A stretch of 12,743 nt of DNA, taken from contig CAWEXO010000010.1 in the NCBI GenBank assembly GCA_963813025.1, forward strand, positions 1 to 12,743, read 5' to 3'. The stretch is from an uncultured Verrucomicrobiae bacterium. GTDB lineage: Bacteria > Verrucomicrobiota > Verrucomicrobiia > Chthoniobacterales > JAFAMB01. Numbering within the stretch: position 1 is the first letter of the stretch; each line of letters opens with the position of its first letter. Below the pieces are notes generated by a model, which was not told the origin of the DNA, did no database searches, and was given only the letters and a program-made list of their open reading frames with translations. The position numbers and the translations under genes were made by a program. Positions 6,625 to 12,743 of the stretch are shown here, one piece after another.

Positions 6625-7116
6625 ATGACCATTCAGGAAAAAATTGACCACGACCTGCGCGAGGCGATGCGCGCCCGGGCCGCGGAGAAGCTCTCCGTGC
6701 TGCGGATGGCAAAATCGGCCTTAATTAACGCGGTGATCGAAAAACTCAGAGTACGAGGAGGGTTGAGCGATCCAGAGGCTTTGACAGTTATTCGGAGGCA
6801 AGTGAAACAGCGACAAGACGCGATTGTGGGCTTTGCCCAAGGAGGCCGTCTGGAGATGGCCGAAAAAGAGCGTCGGGAAATCGCTATTTTGGAGGAATAT
6901 TTGCCTCGGCCGATGGCGGGAGAAGAAATCGCCCAGCTGGTTCGAGAAGCGATCGAAGAGGCGGGCGCGAGCTCCCCGGCACAAATGGGGCAGGTCATGA
7001 AAATCGCAACGCAAAAGGCGGCCAGCCGGGTGGACGGCAAATCCCTGAGCCACGCGGTCCAGGATGAATTGAAACGCCAAAGCTTGCATCGCCCGCAAAT
7101 CGCTAAAGATTTGTGA
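6625..7116 (+). CDS. yqeY: GatB/YqeY domain protein
   Basis: MTIQEKIDHDLREAMRAR..KLSVLRMAKSAL...VKQRQDAI..F..GGR.EMAEKE..EIAILEEYLP...MGQVMK...DGK. Confidence 0.92.
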   Translation: MTIQEKIDHDLREAMRARAAEKLSVLRMAKSALINAVIEKLRVRGGLSDPEALTVIRRQVKQRQDAIVGFAQGGRLEMAEKERREIAILEEYLPRPMAGEEIAQLVREAIEEAGASSPAQMGQVMKIATQKAASRVDGKSLSHAVQDELKRQSLHRPQIAKDL

Positions 7117-7119
7117 GCG

Positions 7120-7791
7120 ATGCGGGCTAGCGCGATCATCGTAGGCGCCGGCCACAGCATGCGTATGGGGTTTGACAAGACTTTCGCAAAGCTGAAGGGC
7201 CGCCCAGTTCTGACCTGGGCCGTGGAGAAGTTCGAAGCTTGTGCGACGATCTCCGATATCGTTGTAGTCGTTAGTGGGGAGTCCGTCGCGGACGCGGAGG
7301 CGCTGGTTCAAGACTCGGGCTCCCGAAAGGTGCGCCAAATCGTTGCGGGCGGTGCCGCTCGCCACCTCTCGGTTTGGAACGGCCTGCAAGCCTTGGCGGG
7401 TCCTATCCACCTTGTCGCGATTCATGATGCGGCGCGACCACTGGTCCGCGTGGCGGATATCGAGGCTGCCGTGGCGCAGGCGGAACTCTACGGCGCGGCT
7501 GCGCTGGCTACCCCGGTAGTCGATACGCTGAAATCTGCTGATCAGGCGAACGTTGTTGCGAGCAACGTGGATCGGTCCGGGCTGTGGGCCATGCAAACTC
7601 CGCAAGTCTTCCGTCGAGATTGGCTGGAAGCTGCATATAAACGTTTGATGGAAAGCAGCGAATCGGTTACCGATGAAGTCTCAGCTGTCCAAGCAATTGG
7701 GCATCCTGTGCGCTTGGTCCAAGGTGATACCTGGAACCTGAAGATCACTTACCCGAGAGACCTGGATTTAGCCGAAAAACTTGTTAATTAG
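7120..7791 (+). CDS. ispD: 2-C-methyl-D-erythritol 4-phosphate cytidylyltransferase
   Basis: AIIVGAGHSMRMGFDK, GGAARHLSVWNGL, IHDAARP, VDTLK, MQTPQVF, TDE, NLKITYPRDL. Confidence 0.96.
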   Translation: MRASAIIVGAGHSMRMGFDKTFAKLKGRPVLTWAVEKFEACATISDIVVVVSGESVADAEALVQDSGSRKVRQIVAGGAARHLSVWNGLQALAGPIHLVAIHDAARPLVRVADIEAAVAQAELYGAAALATPVVDTLKSADQANVVASNVDRSGLWAMQTPQVFRRDWLEAAYKRLMESSESVTDEVSAVQAIGHPVRLVQGDTWNLKITYPRDLDLAEKLVN

Positions 7792-7992
7792 CAGTATCGC
7801 CCAACGGGCTTGAGAGCCATTACCCGCGCCTCTCGCCTTTCACGAGATCCTGAAAATCGAAAGTCGATGTACCTGAATAAAGTTTTTCAAGGACGCTTTT
7901 TCCCTCGCGTCTTACATTGCGTCGAACCGATGCCACTGCCAGCGCTCTTTAACCACACGATAACTCGTTCTTCTGAGGCGCGGCCTCGCTAG

Positions 7993-9258
7993 ATGTTATA
8001 TCAATCAACTATCTTAGAAAACGGCGTTCGGATTGCGACCTGCGAGATGCCCGAGATGAAGAGCGTCAGTGTCGGCCTCTGGATCGCCGTCGGTGGCCGG
8101 CATGAGCCGGAAGAGCTTTGCGGAATCTCGCATTTTCTCGAGCACCTGCTGTTCAAGGGAACGGCGAAACGAACAGCCAAACGGATTACTGAGGACATTG
8201 AGAGCCTCGGCGGATTTATCAACGCGTTCACCACCGAGGACCACACGTGCTTTTACGCCAAAGTCGCGGCGAACCATCTTGGGACGGCCGCTGACGTTTT
8301 GTGTGACATGTACCTCAACCCGGTCCTTGCCGAGGAAGAGATTGAGCGCGAACGCGACGTTATCCGGGAAGAGATATTGATGTATCGGGATCAGCCGGCT
8401 CAATATTCACAGGAGTTGTTGACGGAAGCGATGTGGCCCGCCCACGCCCTTGGCCGCCCTTTGACGGGGTCCTTGACGACGATCGGAGCGATTCAGCGCC
8501 CCGATCTGGTGCGTTTTATCAAACACAGTTATAACGGAGCCACGACCGTTGTCACGGTGGCGGGAAGGTGTAACCATCGGGAAGTGGTCGCGACCTTCGG
8601 CGCAGGACTTGGCAGATTGTCCAGGGGCCGGGTTCCTTGTTTTGAACCCTGGAACGGAAACTCCCGTGACCGGCGGGTCATGGTGGCGGAACAAGACACG
8701 GAACAGACACACCTCGCTGTGGGTTATCACGCGATGAGCCGGACAGATGAGCGCCGGTACGCGTTGAAGCTCTTGAGCGTTATTCTAGGCGAGAACATGA
8801 GTTCCCGTCTTTTTCAGCAGCTGCGCGAACGCTACGCCTACTGCTACTCGGTGCATAGCGGCACGCTGGTTCTGCAGGACTCCGGTTTAGTGTCGATCGG
8901 GGTCGGGCTGGAGTTGCCGAAGCTGGGCAACGCAATGCGCGCCGTCGGACGAGAATTGGGAAAGATCCGGGCAAAAGCCCCGAGTAAAAAAGAGACCCGT
9001 CAAGCGCAGGAATACACGATTGGGCAGAACGAACTCAGTCTGGAAAGCACCATCAACCAGATCATGTGGATGGGCGAGTCGCTTTTGGCCTACGATCACG
9101 TCGTCGACCCGAAAGAAGTGCAGGAAAAGCTCAAAGCCGTCACTGCGGAAGATATAACGATGGTGGCGAACTTCTGCTTTTCGCCGGTCAAGATGGGACT
9201 GGCTCTGGTTGGGCCGGTCAAGAAAGATGCGGTCCAACCGTGGATCGATTTCTTGTGA
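7993..9258 (+). CDS. M16 family zinc peptidase (pitrilysin/MPP-like)
   Basis: GISHFLEHLLFKGT (HxxEH), GGFINAFT, ERDVIREEI, MSSRLFQQLRE..Y.YSV. Confidence 0.94.
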   Translation: MLYQSTILENGVRIATCEMPEMKSVSVGLWIAVGGRHEPEELCGISHFLEHLLFKGTAKRTAKRITEDIESLGGFINAFTTEDHTCFYAKVAANHLGTAADVLCDMYLNPVLAEEEIERERDVIREEILMYRDQPAQYSQELLTEAMWPAHALGRPLTGSLTTIGAIQRPDLVRFIKHSYNGATTVVTVAGRCNHREVVATFGAGLGRLSRGRVPCFEPWNGNSRDRRVMVAEQDTEQTHLAVGYHAMSRTDERRYALKLLSVILGENMSSRLFQQLRERYAYCYSVHSGTLVLQDSGLVSIGVGLELPKLGNAMRAVGRELGKIRAKAPSKKETRQAQEYTIGQNELSLESTINQIMWMGESLLAYDHVVDPKEVQEKLKAVTAEDITMVANFCFSPVKMGLALVGPVKKDAVQPWIDFL

Positions 9259-9321
9259 CGCCGAGCCCCATTTGCATCCCTCGTTGCACCGCACTAACGT
9301 GCGGACCTCTCAGTCAGAAGC

Positions 9322-10650
9322 ATGAACGTGGAAGTTGAAAATTTACCGAACTGCCTTGCCACTCTGCGCGTTGAGTTACTGCCGGAGCAGGTTACGAAAA
9401 AATGGGATGAGATCGCGCAAGGTTTTCGCAAGGTTGCGCGCATCCCTGGGTTTCGCCCGGGAAAGGCCCCGCAGAGTGTGGTTGAGGCCAAATTTCGGAA
9501 GGAAATTCAGGACGAGTTAACCCGAAAGCTGATCGCCGAGACGACCACCGAAGCGATTCGCGAAAAGGGACTGAAGGTGCTTTCAGTCTCCGAGGTTGAG
9601 GACGTGGAGTTCACTCCGGAAAGGCGAATGCGCTTTACCGCAACCTTGGTGACCTCACCTGAGTTTGAACTTCCCGAGTATCACCATATTCCGGTCCAGA
9701 TCACTCCAACGGAAGCTACCGATGAGGAAGTTGACGCCGGGTTGCGCAACCTGCGGGAGCGTTTTGCCACCTTTACGGATCTGCCCGGCCGCGAGCTTCG
9801 TCTGGAAGATTTTGCGGTGATCGATTATGCGATCAGCCTGGACGGCCAGCCATTGGCCGAAGCGCTGCCGCAGGCGCCTAAAATGCTTCACGGAAAAGAG
9901 GATTTCTGGATTAAAGCCGAAGGAGAGATTCTGATGAAGGGATTCGTCGAGGCTTTGCTCGGAATGGAACACGGAGAAACCCGAAATTTCACCTTGCCGG
10001 TCCCGAGCGACTATCCGGTTGCCGGTTTGCCCGATCGAACCCTCGGCTTCACCGTGACCCTGAAAGCAATCAAAGAAATGCATTTGCCGGAACTCGACGA
10101 CGCTTTTGCCGCGCAAGTGGCCGAAGGCTTGGATCTGGAGAAACTCAAGGAGACGATCCGCCGTCGATTGGAATCGGAGAAAGAGCACAACGGAGAGACC
10201 AGCAAACGAAACCAGATCGTTGATTACCTGGTTAGTCGGGTAGAGTGCGAGCTTCCGCAGTCGTACGTCAAAAACGAGACACGCCGTATCATGAGTGACA
10301 TCGTCAAACATAATCAACTGCGTGGGGTGACCGACGATGCCTTGCGCGAAAATGAAAGAGATATCGTCAATACGGCCTCGCGGAACGCCCGGGATCGCCT
10401 GAAAGCCAGATTTGTCCTCGCCCGGATTGCCGAAAAAGAAGGCTTGAAGGTGGAAGAGCCGGATCTCACCAGTCGGATACGTGTCCTTGCCGAGCAACAC
10501 CGGATCAGTTACGAAAAAGCACGCGCGGATCTCGAATCCGAAGGAACACTTTCGGCTCTTAAGGAAGAGATCCTGATCGGTAAGGTCCTTGATTTCCTGA
10601 CCTCGGATGCTAACGTCCAACGCAATTCTGGAGAAGTGGTTCTGCCCTGA
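9322..10650 (+). CDS. tig: Trigger factor
   Basis: [10 protein letters not shown] ribosome-binding signature, FKBP-like middle domain, LPELDDAFA; 442 aa; directly upstream of clpP. Confidence 0.96.
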   Translation: MNVEVENLPNCLATLRVELLPEQVTKKWDEIAQGFRKVARIPGFRPGKAPQSVVEAKFRKEIQDELTRKLIAETTTEAIREKGLKVLSVSEVEDVEFTPERRMRFTATLVTSPEFELPEYHHIPVQITPTEATDEEVDAGLRNLRERFATFTDLPGRELRLEDFAVIDYAISLDGQPLAEALPQAPKMLHGKEDFWIKAEGEILMKGFVEALLGMEHGETRNFTLPVPSDYPVAGLPDRTLGFTVTLKAIKEMHLPELDDAFAAQVAEGLDLEKLKETIRRRLESEKEHNGETSKRNQIVDYLVSRVECELPQSYVKNETRRIMSDIVKHNQLRGVTDDALRENERDIVNTASRNARDRLKARFVLARIAEKEGLKVEEPDLTSRIRVLAEQHRISYEKARADLESEGTLSALKEEILIGKVLDFLTSDANVQRNSGEVVLP

Positions 10651-10667
10651 TTTTTCGTCTTTCGCCC

Positions 10668-11311
10668 ATGTCAAAAAATGTTCATTCCGCGCCGAGCAAT
10701 CTTCTCGTTCCGATGGTCATCGAACAAACCGGACGGGGGGAACGGAGTTACGACATTTATAGCCGGCTACTGAAGGATCGAATCGTTTTCATCGGAACGG
10801 CGATCGATGATCATGTGGCGAATCTGGTCGTCGCTCAGATGCTGTTTCTCCAGATGGAAGATCCCAAACGAGGATATCAATCTTTACATCAATTCGCCCG
10901 GCGGCTCCGTGACGGCTGGTCTGGCGATTTATGACACGATGCAGTTCGTGACCTGCGACGTGGCTACCTACTGCATCGGCGTGGCCGCGAGCATGGGCGC
11001 GGTTCTTTTGACGGCCGGCACCAAAGGGAAGAGGTACGCGCTGCCAAACTCCGACATCATGATCCACCAGGTCTCCGGCGGCGCTCAAGGCACGGCGAGC
11101 GACGTCGAGCGCACGGTGGAGTACATGTTCAAGCTGAAAAAGCGGCTCATCAGTATTCTCGCGCATCACACCGGCAAAACGGACGAACAGATTCAAGTCG
11201 ATTCGGATCGCGACTATTGGATCACGCGCGCAGCAGGCGAAGGATTACGGACTTGTCGACGAAGTGGTGAAGTCGCGCAAAGATGTCGCTCCCGGAGCCG
11301 TTGCCGGCTGA
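10668..11311 (+). CDS. clpP: ATP-dependent Clp protease proteolytic subunit, with two apparent +1 frameshifts (~10869, ~11227)
   Basis: [27 protein letters not shown] / [13 protein letters not shown]...AASMGA...MIHQ...DRDYW / [27 protein letters not shown] (TGA 11309-11311). Removing 2 nt restores a 213-aa ORF. Confidence 0.95.
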
Positions 11312-11395
11312 CGGCTGACAACGCCGTTGCCCGCTTAAGTGTTTATCTAACTGGACGAAGTCACATATTTGGACGGATAATTAAGGATACAGAAT

Positions 11396-12666
11396 ATGGC
11401 TCGCGCATCTAACCTCACAATGTGCTCTTTCTGCGGCAAGAGCCATGCGGAGGTGCGCAAGCTCATTGCCGGCCCGGCGTTTACATTTGCGACAATTGCA
11501 TCAATGTCTGCAAAGGCATCCTCGACAAGGAACTGAACGAGGACGCCCGGCGGCAAACGACGAGTCTGCGTGTGCCGAAGCCGGCCGAAATCCGGCGCCA
11601 GCTCGATCAGTATGTCGTCGGCCAGGAGCCGGCGAAAAAGGTGCTCGCCGTGGCGGTTCACAACCATTTCAAGCGCATCCTGCAGACCAACGGCAGCAAG
11701 GACCTCGTCAATGGATCCATACGCCGATGTCGAGATCGAGAAAAGCAACATCCTTCTGATCGGCCCGACCGGCTCGGGAAAGACCCTTTTGGCTCGTACC
11801 CTGGCGCGGATTCTCGATGTGCCGTTTTGTATCGCGGATGCCACGACGCTGACCGAGGCCGGCTACGTCGGTGAAGATGTCGAGAATATCATTCTGCGCC
11901 TGTTACAAAATGCCGACTACGACGTGAAACGTGCCGAGATCGGCATCGTTTACATCGATGAAATCGATAAGATCGGGCGCAAGACGGATAATGTCTCCAT
12001 CACGCGGGATGTTTCCGGCGAAGGCGTCCAGCAGGCGCTTCTCAAGATCCTGGAAGGCAGCAGCTGCAACGTTCCGCCGCAGGGTGGCCGCAAACATCCG
12101 CACCAGGAATATATCCAGGTCAACACGGAAAAAATTCTCTTCATCTGCGGCGGCGCGTTCGTCGGACTCGATAAGATAATCAGCGGCGTATGGGCAACAA
12201 AGTACTCGGATTCCATACAACGCCAAATCGCGGTGACGAAGATAGCAGATCAGAAGAAATCTGAAAAGCACCGAGCCGGAAGACCTGCTTGCTTTCGGAA
12301 TGATTCCCGAATTCATCGGACGTCTCCCGGTCGTCACCGCGCTCGATGCGCTGACGGAAGAGGAGTTGATGCTGATTTTCACCGAGACGCGGAATGCGAT
12401 GGTCAAGCAGTACACCAAGCTGTTGGCGATGGAAGGAGTCAACCTGGTCGTCACCAAGTGATGCCTTACGCGCCTTGGCTCAGCAGGCGGTCACGAAAGG
12501 CACCGGCGCGCGCGCGTTGCGTTCGATGTTCGAGAAAATCATGCTCGACGTCATGTACGAAGTGCCGAGCCGGGAAGATATCGCCGATGTCGTGATTAAT
12601 CGCGCCGTCGTGGAAGGCAAGAGAGCGCCGCTGATCCGCAGAAAACAGGACAAGGACGCAGCGTAG
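11396..12666 (+). CDS. clpX: ATP-dependent Clp protease ATP-binding subunit, with five apparent single-base indels
   Basis: [15 protein letters not shown]...CDNC zinc-binding domain, [42 protein letters not shown] loop, [15 protein letters not shown]. Frame changes near 11474, 11710, 12180, 12261 and 12456; net correction gives 423 aa. Confidence 0.95.
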
Positions 12667-12668
12667 TT

Positions 12669-12730
12669 CGCGGCGGGAGCGGTGGGAGCGGGTTCAGCGG
12701 AGGGAGGTAGCGCGGACGGCCTCGTCCGTA
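12669..12730 (+). repeat. Family A REP with 9-bp periodic AGCGG leader (likely left arm of another doublet)
   Basis: GTAGCGCGGACGGCCTCGTCCGTA at 12707-12730 is identical to 3567-3590; AGCGG at 12678, 12687 and 12696. Confidence 0.9.
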
Positions 12731-12743
12731 CCGGGCTGTTACT

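Noticed and set aside
7810..7992. 60-aa ORF between ispD and the M16 peptidase
   Set aside because: TTG start with no recognisable motif or ribosome-binding site; probably intergenic.
6633..12457. Long minus-strand ORFs (6633-7178, 6721-7605, 9655-10674, 11347-11844, 11903-12457)
   Set aside because: Antisense to well-supported yqeY, ispD, tig and clpX, with no family motifs.
10860..12460. Programmed frameshifting in clpP/clpX
   Set aside because: Too many indels in both directions and no consistent slippery sites; error is more parsimonious.

Overview
Bacterial chromosomal window, probably Verrucomicrobia/Spartobacteria-like (inferred from the ClpX N-terminus [20 protein letters not shown] and a TGTTC-N4-GAACA-type LexA box). 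Gene order: 5' part of uvrA (minus strand, not in the ORF track); an SDR - ArsR - AAA_33-kinase cassette in which two genes carry large in-frame internal deletions; a TlpA-family thiol-disulfide oxidoreductase; a PA0069/SplB-like radical SAM protein with a putative SOS box and a C-terminal clamp-binding motif; a DUF1460 amidase-like protein; then yqeY, ispD, an M16 peptidase, tig, clpP and clpX (the last two frameshifted, probably a consensus artefact). The most striking content is non-coding. A GTAG-family REP (GTAGCGCGGACGGCCTCGTCCGTA), usually preceded by three AGCGG-like pentamers at a 9-bp period, forms REPIN-like doublets. One REP has been split at its hairpin loop by a 353-bp MITE with ~30-bp terminal inverted repeats and a 6-bp GAGGCC target duplication. 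That MITE carries a second REP family as a long hairpin, giving a nested element at 3531-4155. No transposase or RAYT gene is visible in the window.
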